A stretch of DNA of 55,242 nt from a virus, in the IMG/VR virus record IMGVR_UViG_3300037423_000380; one strand, 5' to 3'. The notes under the pieces are model-generated. The model was not told the DNA's origin, searched no databases, and saw nothing but the letters and a program-made list of their open reading frames with translations. The position numbers and the translations under genes are program-made. Shown piece by piece: positions 39,258-46,737 of this stretch. Every line of letters starts with the position of its first letter. Position 1 is the stretch's first letter.

Positions 39258-39643
39258 TCGGCCTCGATCAGCAGGCAGTCGATCGCGCAGTCGAGCTCGC
39301 ACACACCACCGAGATCGCAGTGCTTGACGACGAGGCGACGGTCGATAGCCTCGATCTCGGCCGCTGCTACCGCGGCGACCTGGACAAGCTCGGCGCGCCG
39401 TGCGATCGGGTCCTCCTCGGCCAGCGCCTCGTAGACCTCTTCGAGCAGGATGCCGTCCCACGAGAGGGTGCCCTTCTCGACGCGGGCATCGTTGATGGCC
39501 TTCCAGCGGTCGGCGTGCTTGCCGTACTCGCGGGGGCTGGGGTGGTTGAGGAAGGACGGGTGGTCCTGCTGGCCCCAACGCTCGACCTGCCGGACGCGCT
39601 CGTCTGCGATCTCCGCGACGATGCTGTGGATCTGATCGCTCAT
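39254..39643 (-). CDS. MazG-like nucleotide pyrophosphohydrolase
   Basis: [14 protein letters not shown] ... [14 protein letters not shown] is the all-alpha NTP-PPase pattern (EExxE). Confidence 0.6.
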   Translation of the reverse strand: MSDQIHSIVAEIADERVRQVERWGQQDHPSFLNHPSPREYGKHADRWKAINDARVEKGTLSWDGILLEEVYEALAEEDPIARRAELVQVAAVAAAEIEAIDRRLVVKHCDLGGVCELDCAIDCLLIEAE

Positions 39644-39674
39644 GATGTCTCCTGTCTCTCACTTTGACACGCGG

Positions 39675-40322
39675 TCAGGACTCTTCGCCTTCCACGAGGC
39701 TGTACAGCGTCTTCACGCCGCCAGCGAGGTATGTGTCGGTCACATCTCCAGCCCGGAGCTTCACGCCCTTGGCGGAACGGGGGAGTCGGTTGGTGACCTT
39801 CTGGATGAACTCCGCGCCGGCCTGGTCGGGATCGCCCCAGACCCAGATGCGGTTGAAGCCGGCGAGCATCCGACCGTGGTAGCCACGGAACGTGCTCGCG
39901 CCGGGGAACCCGATGGCTGGGAGCCCTGACTGGACGAGGATCATGCGGTCGAACTCGCCCTCGGTGATGTGGAGGACGTTGCGCGCCTCGTGGATCGCGT
40001 CGACCCCGTAGACGCCGACCCGAGAGCCGGACGGCTGCATGTACTTGCCGTGGCTGAACGAGCCGTGGTCGTGCTCCTCCAGGCACCGGAATCTGATGCC
40101 GGTCGGCTGGCCGCGGAACAGGTAGGGGATGGCGAGCATCCCCCGGAAGGGCTCATGTCCCGGCAGCGGGTCCGCGACGACGCCAAGACGGTGCGTACGG
40201 ACGGTCTCCTGCGTGAGCCCGCGATCGAGAAGGTAGCGAGCTGCCTCCACGGTCAGTGCGGCCTCGTACTTGAATGTCGCCTCCTCCAGACTCTCCAGTT
40301 GCGAGTCCGTGAGCGGCTGCAA
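39675..40322 (-). CDS. DNA primase, TOPRIM/catalytic part
   Basis: ARYLLDRGLTQETVRTHRLGVV, HITEGEFD (TOPRIM Glu) and WGDPDQAG (DxD). TTG start with GGAG 8-9 nt upstream, or joined to the upstream ORF by a +1 frame change. Confidence 0.7.
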   Translation of the reverse strand: MQPLTDSQLESLEEATFKYEAALTVEAARYLLDRGLTQETVRTHRLGVVADPLPGHEPFRGMLAIPYLFRGQPTGIRFRCLEEHDHGSFSHGKYMQPSGSRVGVYGVDAIHEARNVLHITEGEFDRMILVQSGLPAIGFPGASTFRGYHGRMLAGFNRIWVWGDPDQAGAEFIQKVTNRLPRSAKGVKLRAGDVTDTYLAGGVKTLYSLVEGEES

Positions 40323-40524
40323 AGGATCGTGCTCCGTCGAAATCGGTGGCCTCCTTCTTCATGATGAGAGTCCAAACGTCACCGCCTGCGCCGCAGGAGT
40401 GGCAGTTGAACAGTTGCTTGTCGAGGTTGATCGAGCAGGACGGCGTGGAGTGATCGCCGTGGATGGGGCACCGGATCATCTGCGAGGTCTTGTGGCTGTA
40501 GGCCACCCCGTAGATGTCCAGCAC
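40153..40524 (-). CDS. DNA primase, CHC2 zinc-finger part (overlapping ORF)
   Basis: CPIHGDHSTPSCSIN...FNCHSCGAGGDVWTLIMKKEATDFDGARSFAAAHGL. After that the frame becomes Arg/Gly/Ser/Pro-rich while the +1 frame carries the rest of the primase. The GTG 40524 start is tentative. Confidence 0.55.
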   Translation of the reverse strand: MLDIYGVAYSHKTSQMIRCPIHGDHSTPSCSINLDKQLFNCHSCGAGGDVWTLIMKKEATDFDGARSFAAAHGLATGESGGGDIQVRGRTDRGGSSLPSRSRAHAGDRPYAPSWRRRGPAAGT

Positions 40525-40561
40525 CGCTTCCAGTGACGGCCGATCGCTATGCCCACCCGAG

Positions 40562-40744
40562 TCAGATGGCTTGGCGAAGGACCGGCGAGCCAAAGTGCTC
40601 CTCGATGAAGGCGTCACACTCAGCCTGTGTCGCGAACCAGATTGAGAGGGAGCTGATGATGCCCAGGCCCTTGAGGTCGACACATGGCTGCCAAAGGAAC
40701 GTGCCCTCGGCCTCAATGTCTATGTCGGAGAACCACTCAGTCAT
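40562..40744 (-). CDS. Hypothetical protein (60 aa)
   Basis: ATGA overlap with the RuvC stop; MTEWFSDIDIEAEGTFLWQP... Confidence 0.5.
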   Translation of the reverse strand: MTEWFSDIDIEAEGTFLWQPCVDLKGLGIISSLSIWFATQAECDAFIEEHFGSPVLRQAI

Positions 40745-41214
40745 GCCGCCTGCTCCTCTCCCCACATCGCCAGGCCCACCGCGTCAGCGATGTCGTGGTT
40801 GGCGATCTCGCCCCACCGCTCACGAGCAGCGGTCAGGACCTCGGTCTTGTCGGCGTTCCCGTTGCCGGTGATGAACTTCGCTCGGCTCTTGGGGGCCAGC
40901 GTCTTAATCGGGATGCGCCACTTGGTGAGGTCGGTGTAGATCCGCCACCACAGGCCGGCGCGCTCGTGCGGGTTGCCGTACTTGGAGCCGTGGGATGGGG
41001 ACTCGATCACGGCGAGCTCGATCAACCGCTCCTCACGCCACCTGTGCAGCACGGCATAGACCTCGGCATCGACTCGCTCGATGCGAGCCATCCAGTCGTC
41101 GTACGACGCACCCTTCTTGCCGGTGGACTTGATGTTGGCGGTCTCGATGACCTTGCCGCCATCAACGAGAGCGAGGCCGGTAGATGTGAGGCTCGGGTCG
41201 ATCCCGAGGATCAT
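40741..41214 (-). CDS. RuvC-like Holliday junction resolvase
   Basis: MILGIDPSLTSTGLALVD ... AVIESP ... NHDIADAVGLA is the RuvC catalytic D/E/D/D layout. Confidence 0.8.
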   Translation of the reverse strand: MILGIDPSLTSTGLALVDGGKVIETANIKSTGKKGASYDDWMARIERVDAEVYAVLHRWREERLIELAVIESPSHGSKYGNPHERAGLWWRIYTDLTKWRIPIKTLAPKSRAKFITGNGNADKTEVLTAARERWGEIANHDIADAVGLAMWGEEQAA

Positions 41215-41402
41215 CGGCGTGCCTCGTTCCTCGCCTCGACCTCATCAGCGACCCTGCGCAGTTTGCGAGCCAGCTTGCGGGCCTTCCTGGGGGTCAGGAG
41301 GATGTCGGCCCTGTTCCCAATGACGAGGCGAACGTCCTCGCCGCAAGGGAGAAACATGCCGTCCCCCTCGACGCAGATCTCCTGTCCGTAGTTCGACCTC
41401 AC
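41211..41402 (-). CDS. Small protein, paralogue 1 (63 aa)
   Basis: GTG 41402 (GTGA overlap); VRSNYGQEICVEG...LLTPRKARKLARKLRRVADEVE resembles 41745..41930. Confidence 0.5.
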   Translation of the reverse strand: MRSNYGQEICVEGDGMFLPCGEDVRLVIGNRADILLTPRKARKLARKLRRVADEVEARNEARR

Positions 41403-41491
41403 TGCTCCCACCATGCGACGTGCCCGAGGCAGTGCTCACCGCACTGGCTCTTGAGCAGGTCGGTGTGCTCGCAGCGCTCGTCCTCGCCCAT
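41399..41491 (-). CDS. 30-aa Cys/His-rich peptide
   Basis: MGEDERCEHTDLLKSQCGEHCLGHVAWWEQ; overlapping start and stop with its neighbours. Confidence 0.35.
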   Translation of the reverse strand: MGEDERCEHTDLLKSQCGEHCLGHVAWWEQ

Positions 41492-41748
41492 CAGGCGACG
41501 CCCCGGAGGTACTGCGCCCGCACGGCCATCGCGGCGACGTGCTTCTGGTGCTTGGTCAGCCGGGGCTTGCGCTTCGGCTTGCCGGTGAACGGCCGGCCGC
41601 GGGTCTTGATGAACAGCGCGTTCAGGAAGCCGCGCTGGGTGCGGCGGTACCACTCGGACTCGGCCTTGACGGCGGCGATGGCAGCCTGCTCGGCCTCGGT
41701 GGCGTCAGGCAGCGCGACGCGGGGGACGGTGTAGTCGGGGGCGATCAC
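41491..41748 (-). CDS. Hypothetical basic protein (85 aa)
   Basis: GTG 41748 (GTGA overlap); VIAPDYTVPRVALPDATEAEQ... Confidence 0.5.
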   Translation of the reverse strand: MIAPDYTVPRVALPDATEAEQAAIAAVKAESEWYRRTQRGFLNALFIKTRGRPFTGKPKRKPRLTKHQKHVAAMAVRAQYLRGVA

Positions 41749-41930
41749 AGGACCTTCCCCTCGACCTGCTTGGCCGCACGCTTCAGCGCCTTGGCGAGTT
41801 TGCGGGCCGTCTTCGGCGTGAGCGCCGCGTCTGACTCGCTCGTGAAGACGCCGCTGGTGTCGGTGACAGTCAGGAAGATCTCGTCGTAATCGACCTCGAC
41901 CTTGATGGGGTCGCCGTAGTTGTCCTTCAC
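41745..41930 (-). CDS. Small protein, paralogue 2 (61 aa)
   Basis: GTG 41930 after GAGAGGAGAG; VKDNYGDPIKVEV...ALTPKTARKLAKALKRAAKQVE. Confidence 0.5.
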   Translation of the reverse strand: MKDNYGDPIKVEVDYDEIFLTVTDTSGVFTSESDAALTPKTARKLAKALKRAAKQVEGKVL

Positions 41931-41947
41931 TTGCTCTCCTCTCTGTG

Positions 41948-42754
41948 TCACAGGCCCTTGCGATGGAACCGCGTGACCTGTGGCTCGCACCGCAACGTGA
42001 CCCACCGCTTCGCGGACGGGTCCTGCGGACCCATGCGCTGTTTGACGACGGCAACGTTGAAGTCGAGCGTGTTGGGGTCGAGCGCTACCGCGAGGGAAAC
42101 CTCGGGCTTCTCGCTCAGACCACCCTTGATCTGATCGCGGGACGGGGGAGACCAGGGATCTGTCTTGGCCTCCCACGCCTTGTCTGATGCGTGGTGCATC
42201 ACGATGACCGTGGCGCCCGTGTCGCGAGCGAGCTCGGTCACGTGCTGCATCACAGCCATCTGCGCGGTGTAGTCACTCTCCGCGCCCTCGAAGTCCATGA
42301 GGTTGTCGAAGACGATGATCTCCGGGAACTTGTTGTGCAGTTCCACGTAGGCATCGAGTTCCTCGTCAACCTGCCACCACGTGATCGGTGAGCCGAAGGA
42401 GAACGTGATCCTGCTGTCCTCCAGCGCCTCGAACACGTGGTCACGGGCCTCGCCACCCTCAGCCAGCGCCGCCTCGACCTGCTCGGTCGTGAGGGCCGTC
42501 CGCTTGCTAGCAAGCCGAGACGACGCTGTGAACGCGGACATGTCCGCGCTGAAGTAGAGGGTGTCCAGGCCGAGCTCGTCGGTGAGCCAGAGCGCGAACC
42601 CTGACTTCTGCGAGCCCGACCGGCCGGCGATCATGATGACCTGCCCGTGTCGGAGCACAAGCCCGTACTGGTACAGCGCCCACAGGGCGTCGACCTCCGG
42701 GAGCTTCCTGCCCGAGTCGGAGTTGAGGGAGAGTGACCGTGCTGGCGTCAGCAT
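41948..42754 (-). CDS. RecA/DnaB-like (KaiC-superfamily) ATPase
   Basis: Walker A MIAGRSGSQKSGF and Walker B EIIVFDNLMD; 268 aa. Confidence 0.55.
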   Translation of the reverse strand: MLTPARSLSLNSDSGRKLPEVDALWALYQYGLVLRHGQVIMIAGRSGSQKSGFALWLTDELGLDTLYFSADMSAFTASSRLASKRTALTTEQVEAALAEGGEARDHVFEALEDSRITFSFGSPITWWQVDEELDAYVELHNKFPEIIVFDNLMDFEGAESDYTAQMAVMQHVTELARDTGATVIVMHHASDKAWEAKTDPWSPPSRDQIKGGLSEKPEVSLAVALDPNTLDFNVAVVKQRMGPQDPSAKRWVTLRCEPQVTRFHRKGL

Positions 42755-42772
42755 GGGCTACCTCCCGCTAGG

Positions 42773-43102
42773 TCAGTCGCGCTTCGGCCAGAAGACGGTC
42801 CCGGGCGTCTCGCCGGGGAACTCGTTGTCGAAGGGCGCCTTGTTGATGAAGACCGCACCATCGGAGTTGAAGACGACGACCTCAACGGTCTCGTCGCCCT
42901 TCAGGCCGGCGATGATGGCCGGACGGATGGTGCCCTGCGCCGTCACGTAGTGGACGATGCGGCCGATGGCCGGCGTGGGGCCGTCGAGCGCCTCCGCGAC
43001 CTCCTCCACGGCACCCTTGTGGATGTCGTCCTGCTTGTCGAAGGGGATCACCTTGGCGCCGTCCGCCTTGGCCGGGGGAGTGGGCTTCTTCGCGTCACTC
43101 AC
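42773..43102 (-). CDS. Hypothetical protein (109 aa)
   Basis: GTG start 7 nt after GAGGGG. Confidence 0.55.
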   Translation of the reverse strand: MSDAKKPTPPAKADGAKVIPFDKQDDIHKGAVEEVAEALDGPTPAIGRIVHYVTAQGTIRPAIIAGLKGDETVEVVVFNSDGAVFINKAPFDNEFPGETPGTVFWPKRD

Positions 43103-43113
43103 TTTGACACCCC

Positions 43114-43551
43114 TCAGTTCTCGAAGCTCGGGGCAGCGGCGATGGCTGCGCTCCGGGCCGCGTAGTAGGTGCCGACCGATGCCTCGGTCGCGGAGTCCAC
43201 GTCACGGAAGACGTAGCCCGAACCGTTCTGGGTCGGGATCTTGGTGACGACACCGACCATCGCACCACCGAGGATCTTCTCGACGGTCGACGTGAGCATC
43301 GAGTGGACGATCTTGGTGGACTTGAGAATGGTGGTCGGCTGACCGCTGTCGAGCGCGGCCTGGTTCTCGAAGACGGTGATGTCAGCGATGACCTCATCGC
43401 GGACACGGGTCTGGTTGGCGTACGTCGAGGGCACGTTCTTCTCGATCGTCTTCGGCTCGATCAGGAGCGCGAGGGCGGTCATGTGCTTCTTCGGGTCGAA
43501 GTACGAAGCACCTGCGTAGTCGGAGGGCTTGGCGAAGGGGGAGTCGGTCAT
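43114..43551 (-). CDS. Hypothetical protein (145 aa)
   Basis: Track ORF in the replication/recombination block; no motif recognised. Confidence 0.55.
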   Translation of the reverse strand: MTDSPFAKPSDYAGASYFDPKKHMTALALLIEPKTIEKNVPSTYANQTRVRDEVIADITVFENQAALDSGQPTTILKSTKIVHSMLTSTVEKILGGAMVGVVTKIPTQNGSGYVFRDVDSATEASVGTYYAARSAAIAAAPSFEN

Positions 43552-43579
43552 GTAGTTGGTTCTCCTCTCAGTGGATGGA

Positions 43580-43816
43580 TCAGGCGAGACGACGCTTGTA
43601 GGCGTCGACCTTGGCCCGCGGGGACTGGTTTGCGCCGGCCAGCCAGAACGGCGCGGCGGCGAGCATGAAGATGAGGGCGAAGGCGAACGGCAGCCAGAGC
43701 GGGCCGAGCACCCACCACCAGGACCAGTCGATCGCGCCCGTCAGCTTCAGGATGACGAAGATGGCGGTGATGAGGCCGGCGAATCCGGCACCATTGCTGT
43801 TGTCGCTGTTGCTCAC
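43580..43816 (-). CDS. Membrane protein (78 aa, two hydrophobic helices)
   Basis: GFAGLITAIFVILKL and WWWVLGPLWLPFAFALIFMLAAAPFWL. Confidence 0.6.
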   Translation of the reverse strand: MSNSDNSNGAGFAGLITAIFVILKLTGAIDWSWWWVLGPLWLPFAFALIFMLAAAPFWLAGANQSPRAKVDAYKRRLA

Positions 43817-43827
43817 GCGATCTCCTC

Positions 43828-44334
43828 TCAGGACAGGGACTTGCCCTTGGCCTTGTACGCGGCCATGTAGTCGGGGTTGGCGTTGAACGCGGCCTGGTTC
43901 TCAGCCCAGACCTGCTGGACCTCCGCGACCGTCTTGCAGTTCTCCAGCGCGGTCAGGATCGGGTCAGCCGCGGGCTTCTCCTCCTGCTGCTGCGTGGCGC
44001 CGTTGCGAGCCGCTGCCGCCTGATCCCACACGTCGCCGCTGGCGGGCTGGGAGCCGCCACCCTGGCCGTCGTTGAGGACCGTGCCACCGAGGGTCTTGCT
44101 GACGTTGGCCGCGCCCTTGAACAGCTTGGTGGCCTCGTTCACGAGGTCGAACAGCGGACGCTCACTCGCCTCTGCCGGGAGCTCGAAGACCTCGATGATC
44201 TGCTCCCTGACCCGTGCCGGCGTGCCGTGGAAGACGATCCACGTGCCGGGGGACTTCGGGTCGTTGTACTTGCCACCGGGCTCGTCGCCCTTGATGGTGA
44301 CGGAGATGCCGCTCTGTTCATGCGGGTCCGACAT
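43828..44334 (-). CDS. Hypothetical protein (168 aa)
   Basis: Track ORF; preceded by the 17-mer GTGTACAAGTGAGAGGT and SD GAGAGAGG. Confidence 0.55.
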   Translation of the reverse strand: MSDPHEQSGISVTIKGDEPGGKYNDPKSPGTWIVFHGTPARVREQIIEVFELPAEASERPLFDLVNEATKLFKGAANVSKTLGGTVLNDGQGGGSQPASGDVWDQAAAARNGATQQQEEKPAADPILTALENCKTVAEVQQVWAENQAAFNANPDYMAAYKAKGKSLS

Positions 44335-44386
44335 TCAATCTCCTCTCTCGCAGCACTTGACGTGCTGACCTCTCACTTGTACACTA

Positions 44387-45469
44387 TCACCGCGGAAGCA
44401 GAGTCAGTGCCTTGCCACCGAACCTCCGCATCTCGCGGACCAGTCCGGCGACCTCGACGGCACGCCAGCCGAGGGTCAGGTCTGCCCAATAGCGCGCACC
44501 CTCTCCGGTCCCTGCGGGGACGTTCATGATGATGCCCCACTTGCGGCAGATGTTCTCCAGGGGCATGCGCTCGCCCGACTCGGGATCGTACAAGTCGGAG
44601 TTCGCATAGATGGCAAGCTGCATCGCCATCTTGAGTCCGCCGTACTCCACCGTGCCCGTCTTGAGGTCGGTGATGAGTCGTACGCCGCTGTTCGGCACGT
44701 ACTCCGTACCGTCAGGAGCGATAAGCGGGTGGTCGCCCCGCCACTCGGAAACACGGTCAGGCGTGCCGGCGACCTTGAGGGCGTCGGACACCACGAGCTG
44801 CTCCATGTGGATGATGTGGAACCCCTCACTTATACGCCGGTAGGCGTCGAGGTCCAGCACGTCCTCGAAGGAGATCCCGTGCGGAAGCTCCTGGCCGAGA
44901 TCGACCATCTCCGACAGGCCGTGGAGCTCAGTGCCCTTGTCCGCCTTGTCCTCCGCGCCGGCTGTCTTCTTCGCAGCCTGCGCCTTGCGGTTGAGCGCGT
45001 CCTTCGGTGCCTTGACCGCAGCCTTGGCATCAAAGATCTCACCGTCATCAGCAGAGGGAAGCAGATCCCGAAGACGCTTCTCAGCGTCCTGCTGCTCGGC
45101 GTAGAGCGTGGTCACGTCGTTGATGAGGGATGTGTCCCTGGCGACCCCGACCAGGACCATCCGCATCTGCCACGCCTCGATGTTGGACTTGTCGTCCAGT
45201 ACGTCGATGTGTGTTGTCGTGCGTGTGTATGACCGCTGAACGCGGCCCTTGCCCGAGCAGCGTGAGCAGTTGATCGGCTTGCCCGTCTTAGGGGAAGCGA
45301 CCTTGCCGCGCTGCTCGACGTAGTTCTCGGCGAACGGATCGTTGCACGGGTCGCACTCGACCCAGATCCTCGGCCTGCCTTTCGCGTCACGGGGAACAGT
45401 GTTATCGCCACCGGCCTCGCGCACGGGCGCCGTCACGTCAGACGGCTTTGAGAGCACTCCTGCTGTCAT
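44387..45469 (-). CDS. RecB-family PD-(D/E)XK nuclease with an N-terminal zinc ribbon
   Basis: CDPC...CSRCSG; GTELHG, TPDRV, ITDLKTG (D-x-K) and QLAIY (QxxxY). ATG with GGAGG 6 nt upstream. Confidence 0.65.
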   Translation of the reverse strand: MTAGVLSKPSDVTAPVREAGGDNTVPRDAKGRPRIWVECDPCNDPFAENYVEQRGKVASPKTGKPINCSRCSGKGRVQRSYTRTTTHIDVLDDKSNIEAWQMRMVLVGVARDTSLINDVTTLYAEQQDAEKRLRDLLPSADDGEIFDAKAAVKAPKDALNRKAQAAKKTAGAEDKADKGTELHGLSEMVDLGQELPHGISFEDVLDLDAYRRISEGFHIIHMEQLVVSDALKVAGTPDRVSEWRGDHPLIAPDGTEYVPNSGVRLITDLKTGTVEYGGLKMAMQLAIYANSDLYDPESGERMPLENICRKWGIIMNVPAGTGEGARYWADLTLGWRAVEVAGLVREMRRFGGKALTLLPR

Positions 45470-45740
45470 CCGCTACCTCCTTCTCGGCCATCCAGTGCCG
45501 GGTGGCCCCGTTGCTCATCGCCTGTGGTCGGCACTCCCACTCAGGCATCACTTCGTAGCCGAGGCGTTCGGCGTACTCACCCATCACCTTCAAGATCTCC
45601 CGGTCGAAATCCGGGCTGACCTCGATGAAGTGCTCCTCCAGCACAGGGTCGATCCGCAGATGGACCCCTGAGAGGGATACAGAGAGGACCTCCCCCGAGA
45701 ACACGGCTTGCCTCACAGCAGCCTCAGTGGCGTAACGCAC
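45438..45740 (-). CDS. Hypothetical protein (100 aa), first gene of the leftward operon
   Basis: GTG 45740 after GAAGGGAGGA. The SD is part of the 14-bp inverted repeat 45743-45798. Confidence 0.55.
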   Translation of the reverse strand: MRYATEAAVRQAVFSGEVLSVSLSGVHLRIDPVLEEHFIEVSPDFDREILKVMGEYAERLGYEVMPEWECRPQAMSNGATRHWMAEKEVADDSRSALKAV

Positions 45741-45742
45741 AA

Positions 45743-45798
45743 GTTCCTCCCTTCGCTGTCTAAGTGTGAGGTCACATTAGCACTGCGAAGGGAGGAAC
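45743..45798 (-). promoter_or_regulatory. Nested inverted repeat: a 14-bp outer stem that includes the SD of the first leftward gene, enclosing the operator-like palindrome
   Basis: GTTCCTCCCTTCGC (45743-45756) pairs with GCGAAGGGAGGAAC (45785-45798). The 28-nt loop contains AGTGTGAGGTCACATT. Confidence 0.55.
45763..45778. promoter_or_regulatory. 16-bp palindrome AGTGTGA-GG-TCACATT (operator candidate, copy A)
   Basis: 15/16 identical to 27057-27072. On the minus strand it is preceded by TGCTAATGT (TGn-TAnnnT-like). Confidence 0.55.
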
Positions 45799-45863
45799 CT
45801 TTACTGTTTCACCGAACTACGTACATGTAACTAGAGTTCCCTAGTTCGGATGGGCTATGCGTA

Positions 45864-46316
45864 CTAGTCCGCTGCACGCTTCCCGGTAGCCCGATCGGGC
45901 ACCCGGATCAGATCGGTGTCGACACCAGGGCGGGGGCGGATGTAGAACCAGCCCTCCTCGGTGTCAGGGTCGTAGTGGAGCACCACGTTGTCCTCACGCA
46001 TACCGTCGATCCATGCATCAACCGCTCGGTCATCGTCAGGAGTCAGCTCGAAGCCGGCGCGGCGGCGAGCCTCCTTGCGGAGCATGATGATCGGGTAGTC
46101 GTGCCGATGCTCGACCTTCACTGCCCAAGGGATGAGCTCGTCATCCCTGGCGATGCGTCGACCAAGACCGCGGCGGCGACGGAAGGCTCCCCACATGGAG
46201 GGCGTCGTCTCGATGTTGTACTTGGTCCGGTACCGCTCGACCATCTCTTCGTACGTCACACCTTGCTCGAACCAGCGGATTACCTCCGACTCGTCCTGAA
46301 TCTTTCTGGCCCCCAT
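45864..46316 (-). CDS. Putative DNA-binding regulator (150 aa)
   Basis: ATG 46316 is 8 nt after GGAAGGGAG. N-terminal HTH-like IRWFEQGVTYEEMVERY. It is transcribed divergently from the Lsr2-like gene. A role as repressor is only a guess. Confidence 0.45.
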   Translation of the reverse strand: MGARKIQDESEVIRWFEQGVTYEEMVERYRTKYNIETTPSMWGAFRRRRGLGRRIARDDELIPWAVKVEHRHDYPIIMLRKEARRRAGFELTPDDDRAVDAWIDGMREDNVVLHYDPDTEEGWFYIRPRPGVDTDLIRVPDRATGKRAAD

Positions 46317-46429
46317 GCCTATCACTCCCTTCCGTGTCTCATCTCACATTTCAACCTGGGTGTTGAGAGTACAACTGTGACGTGGGATGGTGGGGGTGTC
46401 AAGTTGTTTGGTGAGAGGGGAGGTAAATA

Positions 46430-46678
46430 ATGGCGAAGATTACCGTTACAGTGTGTGATGAGTGCGGCGTCCAGAGCGGTGTTCGCCAGTACGAGGTAAG
46501 AGAGGGTACCCGGAAGGTCACCCTCGATCTTTGCGAAGCGCACTGCGCACCGCTAGAGCAGTTCCTCGGTGATCCTACGAAGGGTTCCCCGAAGTCCCTG
46601 AAGCAGCGACAGGCACGTCCTCGCACTCGGCGCGTCGTGACCTCGCTCGAAGAGATCGAGCAACTGAAGAGCAGGTAG
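46430..46678 (+). CDS. Small Lsr2-like / zinc-binding nucleoid-associated protein (82 aa)
   Basis: MAKITVTVCDECG..VRQYEV..RKVTLDLCEAHCAPLEQFL resembles the Lsr2 N-terminal domain pattern but has CxxC...CxxHC. The tail is basic (RQARPRTRR). It is the lone plus-strand gene here. Confidence 0.35.
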   Translation: MAKITVTVCDECGVQSGVRQYEVREGTRKVTLDLCEAHCAPLEQFLGDPTKGSPKSLKQRQARPRTRRVVTSLEEIEQLKSR

Positions 46679-46697
46679 TGCCAGAGACGACAGAAGC

Positions 46698-46724
46698 GGC
46701 CCCCCACTTTGATAGCGGGGGGCC
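46698..46724. terminator. Bidirectional terminator between the Lsr2-like gene and the holin
   Basis: GGCCCCCC / GGGGGGCC, an 8-bp stem followed by TTTCTG. Confidence 0.65.
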
Positions 46725-46737
46725 TTTCTGTTGCCGG

